This document shows, in pieces, positions 27,415 to 38,963 of a DNA stretch of 64,000 bases; position 1 is the stretch's first letter, and each line of letters opens with the position of its first letter. This DNA comes from Epiperipatus broadwayi (lineage: Eukaryota > Animalia > Onychophora): positions 12,896,001 to 12,960,000 of the forward strand of contig JAQFVV010000004.1 in the NCBI GenBank assembly GCA_028023455.1, given 5' to 3'. Made by a program: the position numbers and the translations under genes. Under the pieces are notes generated by a model, which did not search any database, had not been told where the DNA came from, and saw only the letters and a list, made by a program, of their open reading frames with translations.

Positions 27415-28090
27415 CAGGGGTCAGCAAACTTTTTAAAGTGTTGAGCCATTTTGTTTAAATCTTCCTTGCACAAGGAAAGAAGTGAAAGATTTTGTTCCTG
27501 AAAAATACAAATTTCTGAATAGCTGAGAACATTTTTTTAAAAAAAAAAAGGTTCACTACTTAACAAATGATTTTATTAGGTGAAATTTTTTTTACAAACT
27601 TGAAAAGATGATTTGAAATACAATTGTTTATTTTGTAACCTATCGTCAAAAATAGACAAATTACAACAGCATAAAAAATTATCTTTTTATATTACTTATA
27701 ATGGGGTCAGAAGTGATCCCAGGTTCTATGTAGCATTAATAATGACTGGAGTAATAGAACATAATAGAATCGGTATATGTTCTAATGAAAATAAAAATTA
27801 TCTTAAACAATAAATAAAAAACAAAAATTACTTTGTCAGTTTGATTTATTCACAAATTTCTAATATTTAAATATTCATTATGTTCAATCATTACTATTCT
27901 ATAATAAGGCTGAATTCAAGAAACAACATTATAATGCATGTTTTTCCTCTCCTAGAGTCATCAAAATATTTATTTACAAATTACAAGAGGAAATTAAAAA
28001 ATGTGTTTATGTTTATTATGATAAAAAGAGTCATGAGATTGGGATCAAAAAATTATATTTGGTTCACAAGCTATAATTTGCCAATCCCTG
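27415..28090. mobile_element. hAT (Charlie-like) non-autonomous element
   Basis: TIRs CAGGGGTCAGCAAACT / reverse complement CAGGGATTGGCAAATT; 8-bp TSD ggctggtc (27407-27414) / ggctagtc (28091-28098). Confidence 0.75.
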
Positions 28091-28327
28091 GGCTAGTCAT
28101 TTTATTGAGCAACTTTGCATTATAATACAAATAACAAACTTTAAATTTAAATCTATATTTGTTTACACAATGATCAAAATAAGTAATTAATTCATTAGAA
28201 TAATAAGTATAATATATCCATATAAAATTAACAGTAAATCAAATTTAACAACCAAAATTATGCTGCAATCCATGCTTTAGGAATTGTTAAATTGTAGATT
28301 TGTTTATACCTTTTTAATAGAATTAAT

Positions 28328-28798
28328 TACATTCAAAGATTAGCCTTTCAAGCTAATTGTGCATGTGTCTTTTGAGAATGTTAAATAATAAATGAATACT
28401 TCCCTCTACAATACAAGATATAGTATTTATGCAGGAATAAAAGGAATCCTCTTATTCCTACGACTCAAATTCTTTTATATGAGCAAATCTGAAGTACTGT
28501 TGAGGAAAGCGTGAGAGTAGAATTCTCACTTTAAATTACTATTTACGATGTTTGAATGAATGATGTTGGTGAAATTGTCTAGAATTTACTGAACGTCACT
28601 CTAACTGAAACTTAATTATAAGTAAATAAGTCGTAGGAATAAGAGGATTCCTTTTATTCCTGCATAAATACTATATCTTATATTGTAGAGGGAAGTATTC
28701 ATTTATTATTTAACATTCTCAAAAGACGCATGCACAATTAGCTTGAAAGGCTGATCTTTGAATGTAATACAATTGTACACATAGCGTCATATAAAAAT
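28328..28798. mobile_element. young fold-back insertion, 140-bp arms, tail and 12-bp TSD
   Basis: 28326-28465 vs 28629-28768, 3 mismatches by eye; ~30-nt tail; aatagaattaat at 28316-28327 and 28799-28810. Confidence 0.8.
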
Positions 28799-30150
28799 AA
28801 ATAGAATTAATCGTAAATGATAAAATATAATGCCGAACTTTGAGATTTGTTGGTTGAATATTTTAAACAGGAAAATCTTAAATCATTTTTTTATTCCAAG
28901 ATTTTTATACATTCAGTCTGACTATATGAATTTATATGACGAACACACGCACATACATAAACCAATGATTATAAAGAATCATATACCCTAACTATCACTG
29001 AAATATTTGAAACTTGTATTATTATTGGTGCTATTTTATTATGGCTTTTTTATGTCCATTTTTTTTAGAAAGTGAGATAAGAAGTCTAAAAATATTCTGA
29101 GGATAGACAATTACAAATGTTAGTCAGTAAGTATGAGGAAACTCGTACATAATATGAGAATACTTATACATTATTTTTTTATAAAGTAAGAACATATTAA
29201 TAAATTATATAAAAGAAAATGACTAAGCATATGTATAATAATGGGTAAACAATAATTTATTGTTAGGGGAGGATTTTTGGAAGCTTGAAAACGAATGACT
29301 AAGTAGTTTAATGTAGATGGTGGAAAATATATAATGGTGAAGTGGAAAATATGGATCAAAATTTCGGAATGTATTTTATTGAAAAAGAGATAATTGGTAT
29401 TACAATATTGGAAGAAAGAAGTATAAATTATTTAGGGATAAGTTGGGATTGTTGATAAAAATGTTTCAAGGAAAGAAAAATAAATTGAAATCACAAAAGT
29501 TATGTTGGAAAAAAGAGGGGATGAAGAATATTATGCTGACATAACATTTCCTGTTCAATTTACTGAAGAGAGAATAATATCTAGAGAAAAAAGTTAATTT
29601 GTGATCATATCAATACAGAATTTTGATCTTTCTAAATTTATGGATATCTATTTTTCTGATAACTTTTTTTTTCTTTGCAATGGATAATATTAAACCTAAG
29701 TACTTTTTAAGAATTGAAATGACTATAAAATTAAAATGAAAACTGTCAAAAGAGAACATAAATACAAACAGAACGAAAGCTCATTTATTTTAATTGTAAT
29801 TTGCTAAATGTCATTGGCAAATATTTGTTCATATTTCTGAAGAAATTTATAATCTTCATTTACTACTAAAACTTCCATAGAAAAATAAACATATAGCAGG
29901 CAGTACAAAACACAAAGTTATTGATACTTCTCATTTTAATCTCAAGAGATTAAATATGGCTTTTAAATAAATCCTCACTTATAACTACTAGGAAAGTGTT
30001 CATGGGGAAGATAAATGATTATAATTTTAATATGATAAGCAGAGTTTTGAAAACTTTTAGTTATGTCAGACAGAATTGTGAGACTATTTTGGGGAAATCA
30101 ACCACCGCACCAGTTTTAAAACATGGAACTGTTTACAAATAATTAATATT

Positions 30151-30602
30151 AAACTACTAAACATCACATGATCACCATTTCTTATGCCTGCTTAAGCTGT
30201 TAAAACAGGCAAAATCCTGTCTAATAGGATAGGTGGCTATGGTTATTAAAGAACCAAAGATGCCAAAATGTATGGGTACTGAACTGAGTTCAGAGCTATA
30301 TGACCATATAAGCTAATGAGCTTGGATTGAAAATATTATGTTTTCAATTTTAGACTCCTAGTTTTGTAGTTAAGTAGGTATTAAAGGTGGCTGCTGGAGG
30401 GTTGCATTAGATCCTAAGATCTAGGCGCAGTATTGTCAGATCCAAGGCTTCTCACTGATGAAAGCCACAAGCTAAAAACTAGTCTGGGGATATTGGATGA
30501 ATAGGCACTAGATAGGGATTTTATACACAAATCTTCTTGCATCCATTGATTACTCTGGCTTGCACTGAGTGGCACTACTGTATGGAGAGTTTTGCCTGTT
30601 TT
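30151..30602 (+). mobile_element. Family A element, near-full sense unit with inverted tail and 13-bp TSD
   Basis: aataattaatatt at 30138-30150 and 30603-30615; HHR core CTGATGA at 30455-30461 with G12 mutated (AAAAC). Confidence 0.85.
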
Positions 30603-31654
30603 AATAATTAATATTCTATTAAATAGATAAATAATTGTTTTATTGTTTCAGATATCAAAAGTGACATAGTTGAACCCTGCTCATTTTGAGCTTGAGTTTT
30701 CAGTATATTTCCACACTAAAATAGTAGGTTAATTTATAAAGATCTTATTGGCAAAATATTATTTAAAATGTATAAACTATTAGTTATATTGATTAATTTT
30801 TAAAATATTAGTCAAAAGAATAGTTTACAAATGCACCAACAATCGTTTCTACATAGTTGTATAAAGAATTGAATTTGTATTTTTAGTTGTCATTCTTTGT
30901 TATAAATTAGTAAAATAATATATTTTTTAATAGAATAATGATCAGTATTTTATTTTTCATAATATTGCACTGTTATAATGGGGCATTAATGTGGTCCGAG
31001 GTTTTACAATGAAAAAAAATGACAGGACATTCAAAAGACTAATATAGCAACAATATATATTATGTTTAAGGTAATTCACAGGATATGAAAAACAGAGCAA
31101 AGATTATGATCTAATTAGTAGAGGTATAAAAAGAATTATAAAATTGTTGTTTCTTTGTATAGTAATGATAAAAAGAACATTAGATAGATAACATATAGAA
31201 AGGTGAATACTTGCAAATATGGAAGAGAAAAAAGGCCAATCCAATGAAAGTGGTTATCTAGCACACACTAGTGGAATTCATAACATTAAATTAAATTACA
31301 AAGCTATGTAATAAGACATTACAACATAAAATTGTAATGTTTTGAAAACGATTTCTCCCTGAGTATTAATTAAAGTTAGTTTTTAATCCAATAGATGGCA
31401 GCATTCACTTGTATAAAATATTTTGTTAACGGATTTTTGTTTTTACTAATAAATACATTAAAGGAAAATTAAATAAATCTAAATTGTAATCTAAGTGAAA
31501 AAGAAAATATAATAATTACTTAGTAAAGAAATTAGGATCGATTTTATTGTAAACAATAAAATATAAAATTATGAAGGAATTACTTTTAGTGATAAAATAA
31601 TTTAAATTTTTAAAAATATATTCCTAGTAAGAATAATGTTTTTTTTCAAAGCAA

Positions 31655-31745
31655 AAACCAAGGCCCAAGCCCACACCCCCCCCCGCCCCCCCCCACCCCC
31701 GCGCGCGGGGGGGGGGCGGAGGCCCCCCCGCCAACAACCCCTGGC
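31655..31745. other. isolated G/C homopolymer patch
   Basis: Runs of C and G around cgcgcgc in otherwise very AT-rich DNA. Confidence 0.6.
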
Positions 31746-32148
31746 AAAAAAAAAGTTTTTCTCTCTTGTTTTAAAAAAAGCATATGTATGTAGGGGGGCC
31801 CTTATGCAGTTTTTTTTTAATTGATATAGGCATATAAAGAGCTAAATTGTTATTGTTTTTTATTCAGCTTTAAAAAATGTTTTAAATTTGATTTAAAATT
31901 ATAAAAATGTAACAATGTGGAATTCATAAAAAATATGGCACGTATTGTTTGTGACTTTCTTCATTATTAAGTTTTCCCTCTACCGTGGTATTTTTCACTT
32001 CAATTTTCCAAAACTTTGAATTAATAACTCTGCAACATCTTTTATTAAACAGCCCGTGTGAAAAGTAGTAGGTAAGTAACTTAGTATCAACACTCCAGTT
32101 TATGCAATAATTGTTTTTTTTATTAATTAAATCAAGTTTTCTTTTATT

Positions 32149-32250
32149 GCACAGTATCGAGAGGTCAGCGATGGCTGCTTTACAGGCAGTTGTCCCGGGT
32201 TGGCGGGTTCGCTTCTCAGCTGATTCTATGACACATGAGGGGGAAAAAAA
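32149..32250 (+). mobile_element. tRNA-shaped SINE, TAC-loop subfamily
   Basis: gagaggtcagcg...ctttacag...gggttcgcttc...atgacacatgag followed by an A run. Confidence 0.75.
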
Positions 32251-32832
32251 TCTCTATAGTCTATAATATCTTGCAAATTAAGAAAGGTAACAAAAGTCAA
32301 AGCCCACTATTTCCTGACTCTCTTTCATATATTCAGTAAAGTAAATAATTTTAGTGTTTATATTCCACTATTTTTAATTATTGTAGTTTTACAAATAACT
32401 AGTTTTCTTATCTCAGCTTTAAAAAATTTAATATTTATGAGAGGAAAAATTCTGTCAGTAGGTAAATAGCATTAACATCTATATTACAGTCTGGTAAATA
32501 ACATTAATATTTATGTTTCAGCCATGTAACAATATTTTTTAATTAATTAAATGTTTTGAATTAAAGCTTGATACAAATAATGTTTTGTGCTTCAAATTAT
32601 CTTCATGGTCTACAGATTGCAAATTAGAAAGCTGTAACAACTCATATAAATCAAATTATGCTATTTATTGAATTTCTTCAGTTTTCAACATCATCTTATT
32701 TATTTCAGAGTGCCTAGAGTTGATATTTCAGAAAGATTGTGCAGAAATTCTTGTAAAATGGAATATAGATTATAATATTTGCATATTTTTGCTAAAATAT
32801 ATGTAGCAAATAAAACTATGTATACATATATA

Positions 32833-32869
32833 CTGATGAGTGCTGGTTCAGCACGAAATGCATCTTGGT
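32833..32869 (+). ncRNA. family B minimal hammerhead motif (5' strand of stem I lost)
   Basis: CTGATGA-GTGCTG GTT CAGCAC-GAAA TGCA TC-TTGGT; palindromic stem III ATGCAT. Other copies have CCAA upstream to pair with TTGG. Confidence 0.7.
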
Positions 32870-33929
32870 GGTTATTTGTCTTTTATTGTATCTTTATTTA
32901 TATGAAATTATTTATGAAATAAAAAAGAATGGAGAAATATGGAAGTTGTCTAATCTATAAATATATATATGTAAAATTATTATAAAACTGAAACAAACTT
33001 TATTTATTCAAGAAATATTATTATTAATCTGCCTATTGTAGTTTTAAATTTCTTATTGGGAAACAAGTTTGTTATATCAAGCAATATAAACTTTGATCAA
33101 GTGAAATATATATTTCAGTATAATTATATATCTTCAAATACTGAAATGAGTATAAGCTTTACTTTTAAATCAAGTGCTTAAACACAATTTTAGAAATTAA
33201 AATACTAGATGTAGTAATAATTTTAATTATCATCATCACTTTTAATCTTCAGGATAAAAAGTCTCTAATTATTATGTACTGTTGATCTCCAACTTTCTTA
33301 TCTCTATTTTATTCCTATCACGTGAACTCTTTCTAAGTCTTTAAAAATCTCTTGCAATCTTCTTTATATTTTTCTTTGTTTATCTATAGTTATTTTATCT
33401 AGAAATATGCCCAACCCAACTCCATTTCATCTTTTTTAATTTTCTAGGTGTATCTGTTCTCTCATCACTGTATTTTGTCTTTATTTTATTTTTGTTATTC
33501 ATAATATTCCTGTTTATATTATTGTATCACCTGCAGTCTGTTTATTGCTTTTACATTAATATTCTAGGTTTTGCGTCCATAAAAATTACTATTAAAACAT
33601 ATTTAGCAAAAACTTTTATAATCTTTTTTTTTTTAAGCACTTGACTATTTTTACTTAAAGTGGTCTATTAAAGTTTAATCCTGTGATTAATTTCATCCAT
33701 TTTTTTAAATCCATATGAAAATTTTGATGACGATATTTATAATTTTTAACTGCTTCTGATTCATTACTACCAATAAAGGATTTTAATAATTAAAAAAAAC
33801 ATTTTTGTTTATTTAGTCTTCATTGGTACTTCTCTGTGGCATTTATAACATTTCCTACAGTCATATAAACATTATTTGCAAAATAAACTATATAATATGA
33901 AAAATCTAAGTGACTTAAGTAATCTTTAT

Positions 33930-34320
33930 TTTATAAATACAATTTATCCAAACCACTTTGAACACTTTTTAGCAAAACTCTTTATTTGTACATATATACA
34001 TATACCTACGTTTCAACTGTCCTGCAGTCTTCTTCAGAGCCAGTTCACCTTAATTTCTTAAAAAATTTATCCAAACCTCTTCGAACACTTTTTAGCACAA
34101 CCCTTTATTTGTACATATATACATACACCTACGTTTCGAATGTCCTGCCATCCTCTTCAGAGCCAGTTCATTTTAATCTCTTTAAAAAAACATGACTGAA
34201 GAGAACTGGCTCTGAAGAAGACTGCAGGACAGTCAAAACATAGGTGTATGTAAATATATACAAATAAAGAGTTTTGCTAAAAGGTATTTGAAATGGTTTG
34301 GATAAATTGTATTTATAGGA
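33930..34320. mobile_element. family C: 123-bp tandem dimer (minus) plus inverted third copy (plus), each with an HHR motif
   Basis: tcttcag at 34031-34037 and 34154-34160, CTGAAGA at 34212-34218; stems II GACTG/CAGTT, GGATG/CATTC, GACTG/CAGTC; GAAACGTA in the two minus-strand copies. Confidence 0.75.
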
Positions 34321-35553
34321 TTTTACAGCAAAATAAAGAAAAGTGTGATTTTGGTAATATTTCTGAATCTTTATTTTCTTTACTTCCCATTTTAATCTAC
34401 AAAACTGCTTCCATAAAACAGCTACAAAAAGTTAGGAGAAATGAAATTGGCCAATCATTCACCTTTACCAGTCTAATCATTGGTAATTGTGTTTTGATAG
34501 ATAATATCCAGAACTTCATCACAGCAGAAATGCTTCTAGAGAAAACTGTCTTCTGTTTGACTTCATTTTAATATTTGTATGTAATTTATGGTACTATGAA
34601 TCATTTTAAATTCGGCATAATGTATTAATTGGCTTGAATCAAAAATTCTCTATAGAAAATTGGTAATGATTTTAGAAAATGTGTAATTTATCTATATAAC
34701 TAATGTCAGTAATTTCTAATGTGTGTGTTTTTTTTTGTAAATATCATCACCACAATTGTCTACTCTAGTTAAATGTTTGGTTCATACAAAAACATTCTTT
34801 ATATAAGTTGATCCTATATCATTTAGACTTTATAAGAATTCTTTATATAAAATTCCTCCTATTATCATTAGATTTTATATATAAATTTATTTAAAATGTC
34901 TCATTTTCTTTATCTGCTTTTTAAAAAATACTTTTTAAAAAATATCAGGCATGATTTCATCATTGCATGTAGTTTTTTATTTTTCACATTATTATTGTCG
35001 AAACCACTTTACTTTCTTTGTCTATCGTTCTGTGACTTTCTATGCAATTCTTTTACGCATTTCATGATTATGTGTTTGAATTTGTAGTCATTTTCTTTTA
35101 TGGCTGAAATAACTTTTTTTTATCAGTATTAAATTGTTGTTTCATATTTTTGACCTCATTTTCCCCTACAGTTTTTTCTTCTCGTATTAGTGTTGTATTT
35201 TTTTACAGTATCATTAACTTTATTTTCTATCATTTCACAGAAATTCCCTATATTCATTTTTTAACATTTTTAATTATTTTTGCATTCTTTTTTTAAATAG
35301 TGCCTTTAATAGACAATAGGTTGTTAAACTGCTACTTCAGTGTTCTTCCTATCTGTACAGCTGTTTTTAGTAAAGTAGGCATATCAAAAGTAGAACTATC
35401 TGAATTCTTTTTTTGTTAAAGCAGTTCTCTACTTGAATGTTATGTAAATAATAATGAACAATAAATGGATACCTGATAGTAGAATGGTAGAAATGGATTT
35501 CTATTGTCACATATAAATTAAATGCAAGTTGAGAAGCTATTATGTTACTTTGT

Positions 35554-36069
35554 GTTTTCCTGAAGGTTTGTAATGATGGCGTTTTAGTTGTATTTATATG
35601 TTGATCTATTTCTATCATCTAATATGAGTATTGAATGTCTTTAGAAAAATGTAACGTTATTTAAATATTCCAAATACATTCAACTATTATTAATAGAACA
35701 CAGGTTAATATATGCACAACGTTTCGAGAGGTATTATTCTCTTCTCTTATTCAGTGTTGCTGGCCTGACCAGTGACAGTACTAGCATGGAAATCGAACCT
35801 GCACCCTTAGATTCTTTGAGTATTGAATTTTAAACTAACACTCTAACTAACTGAGTCATCCTGCCAAAGACAACAGTCAGTAGAAATTTCATGGACTTAT
35901 CTATGAGGTTCCTCCTGATTTCTATCTCTCGAAACGCTGTGCATATACTAACCTGTGTGCTATTATACTAACAATTGAATGTATTTGGAATATTTAAATA
36001 AAGTTAAATTTTTCTAAAGGCATTCAATACTCATATTAGATGTTGGAAATATTTCAACATATAAATACA
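35554..36069. mobile_element. family D fold-back insertion with 15-bp TSD and a tRNA-like segment in the spacer
   Basis: Arms 35588-35730 / 35926-36070; ~34-nt tail; attatgttactttgt at 35539-35553 and 36070-36084; minus-strand A/B-box segment at 35785-35865. Confidence 0.75.
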
Positions 36070-36264
36070 ATTATGTTACTTTGTTTTGGTATGCAGGCAG
36101 TTTGCAGCTCAATGTAAATGATTTAAATTTTATATAAGTTAAATTTTCCTTGTGTATGCTTGTTTACCTTTGACCATAATGCAAAATATGATATTTTTTT
36201 AGCAAATTACATTAATTAAGATTTACCTAATCTAAATTTGCATAAGTGAAAGAATGTTATATAC

Positions 36265-38963
36265 TGTACTGGACGTCACACAGCGGTACAGAGACATGAG
36301 ACTCGAACTAAGGTTTTTGAGAATGAATCCCCCACTAAGATAAGATAGCTAAAATAATACATAATTATATAAACCTTCTTATGTTTAAAAAAACTAACCA
36401 AATAAAAATTCGAACTCTGGATAGGATTAAAAGATACTTTAATTTAATATTATAAAAAAAAACATTTTATTCTAGACGTAATTTATTTATATAGTTCACG
36501 CTAGAATATTTTGATTATGTTTACATCTGTAGTTGTTAGGGGATGTCACGCTTATACATATATAGTGTGGTTTATTTATATGCCAATGTTTAAAAAGAAA
36601 AATTATAAAATGGGTTTATAAAGAGAAACGCTATTTTGGTTACATAATGACCTAAACAAAAGAATTCACGAGAGAGACTCTTTAGTGTTTGAATAAATTA
36701 ACATAATGCAATTAACAAACTATGATCGATGCCACTTCGATCACAACAAGAAATATACACATATATAACTGCGATGCCAGGTAAATTGGTCTCTGATATC
36801 CGTTATATTTATTAATTATCAAACAACAAAGTTATAAACAATGATTTTGAATACGCGAATATTTTCGTATTCAATATAACAAACATTATATTTTAATTCT
36901 TGAATTATAAGATAAAATAAGAGAATTCATTTTTGCACGTGGGAATCGCTTGTCTAAGAGAAATAGCTTAATGCAAGCTTTTTGTGACATTCTAAATATA
37001 AATATATTAATAAATAACAAAATGGTTTAGTTATATCACAGCATTACGGCTTATAGATTAGTTTTAGGCATGATTCTAAAATACTATAATGAATGGCGGT
37101 GCGAGCATAGGCAGCAAAATATAAGATTCGGTCCATTTTGGCCGAGTAGACGCTTCATCATTTAAGTGGGAATAAGAAATGGTATGCCTGTACTTCTGAT
37201 GGGTCATACCTGGAGAGAAAAAAAGGAAGGTAGGGAGATGCAATTGTCCGCGTATGGTATCAATGCAGAGCTACCGCTACTCTTTCCGAAGGTGTCCTAG
37301 GGCATTTCCTATGCCAGCTAAAACGTATATAAGTGAAGGTGGAAGATTCGGAGTTCCCAATCATCCTCAAGTTATGACAAAGCAAAAAACGACGATGGCT
37401 GACCCATGCTGGCAACACTATGAAACTAGATTGCGTCCTTTAATGACATCAAAATAATTAATGGCCTAAATATAAAATTTGAATCGGGCGTAACGACATG
37501 ACTTATATACTAAACCAAATTATATAACTGAAATCTAAAACTAAATGAATGTCTTAATGACATACGATTACATTTCCCTTTATTAAACGGGTCCCACATG
37601 CATTTGGCATCAATAAGCATTATTGAATACTAGAATGCTAAAAACACTACAGATAAATGATTATAACAGAATAAAAATAAATGGTCATTATTATTCAAAA
37701 ATATCTTATCTGGAATTTAAGCAATAGCGTTCTTGGATCACATTAAATTTATAATCAATAAAAATACACTCAAGGCAGTATAAAAAATTATCTGCCTATA
37801 AACAAAAATATTATTTAACTATTTCTCAACCCAGCGAGCCATGATTTTAAAACAAATAATTTAACGTAATTAAAATATCCCACAAGTGCTGGGGAATTTA
37901 AAAGACTAATCGAAAATATAGTGGCTCACAGAGTTGAGTTGATTTGGCATATAAATGACATATAAAAATAAAAAGCAAATAATTATGATAATAAAATTTT
38001 CCGCACTAAATAAAATGTAATATTTAACTTAAGTAGATGTAAGCATTTACATATATATAACATATAGGATTATAGAGAGACTTTCAAACAGAGATTAGGT
38101 ACAAATATATAACAAAAAAAAACATTAATTATCACAGATATAGGTAAGCATGGAACTGTTGCCTCGGCAATGTTACACTGGCTAGGTGGTTCATTCTTTG
38201 AGCTTTAGTTTACAGGGATTAGCTTGGTGGTCAGCAATCTCGGTCACTACTGCTTCTTCATTGGTAGCAGCCTTCTTCCATGACTGGAGTTTCGCGGTAG
38301 CATACTAGAGGCACCTCCGAGAGGCCCAGGGAAAGACGGTTCGATGACCTACTCAGTAGACATTCTAAAAAAACTCAGCACAAACAAATACTGTCCGACT
38401 GTAAGACTCAGACTAAAACTGATTAAAAACTTACTCTATCTTATCTCCAATCTATATTATTTATACCCCCCAAGCTATTACAGGAATGCCTTGGCTCATT
38501 TGCCTAGAGGCAGATGAGACAATTAATAAATTCCTGAGCAGATTACAGTCCATTTTAATTAAAAGTAAGATATAAGAAGATAAGGTTCAAATCACTTTCA
38601 TTAGCAAAACTTTTAATTAAAGTCTTTAAATTATAAAAGTAAAACTATGATAAGACGATATTTTGATTAATGAAAATCAAGCATTTCAATATTTAATTAG
38701 TGAAAAAAACTTCACAATGGGTTGATTTGAACCTGCCATCTTGGTTATAACTTCTTTCTTTTAAATTTTTATAAACTCGAAATTAAAAGCAATAAATCCT
38801 TACAAATGATAAACTTTATGTGATAAAAAAAAATTCTCTTTTAAATAAAAAAAAACAAAAACACAAGCTTAAAATATTAAAAAGTATGAAAATATCAAAG
38901 TAACAGAATCAAAAATTATAAAATATTCATTATAATAGTTTGTAATATATATATATAATTACA
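36265..38963. mobile_element. ~2.7-kb non-coding LTR-like element (copy B)
   Basis: Starts TGTAC, tentative end TTACA, flanks tatac/tatat; colinear with 23102-25958. Confidence 0.35.

Noticed and set aside
27200-27520. Apparent minus-strand exon (tttttcag-EQNLSLLSLCKEDLNKMAQHFKKFADPW)
   Set aside because: It crosses the TIR/TSD boundary of the hAT element and ends in stops, so it is coincidental.
31636-31824. Pro/Gly-rich ORF
   Set aside because: Produced by the G/C homopolymer patch.
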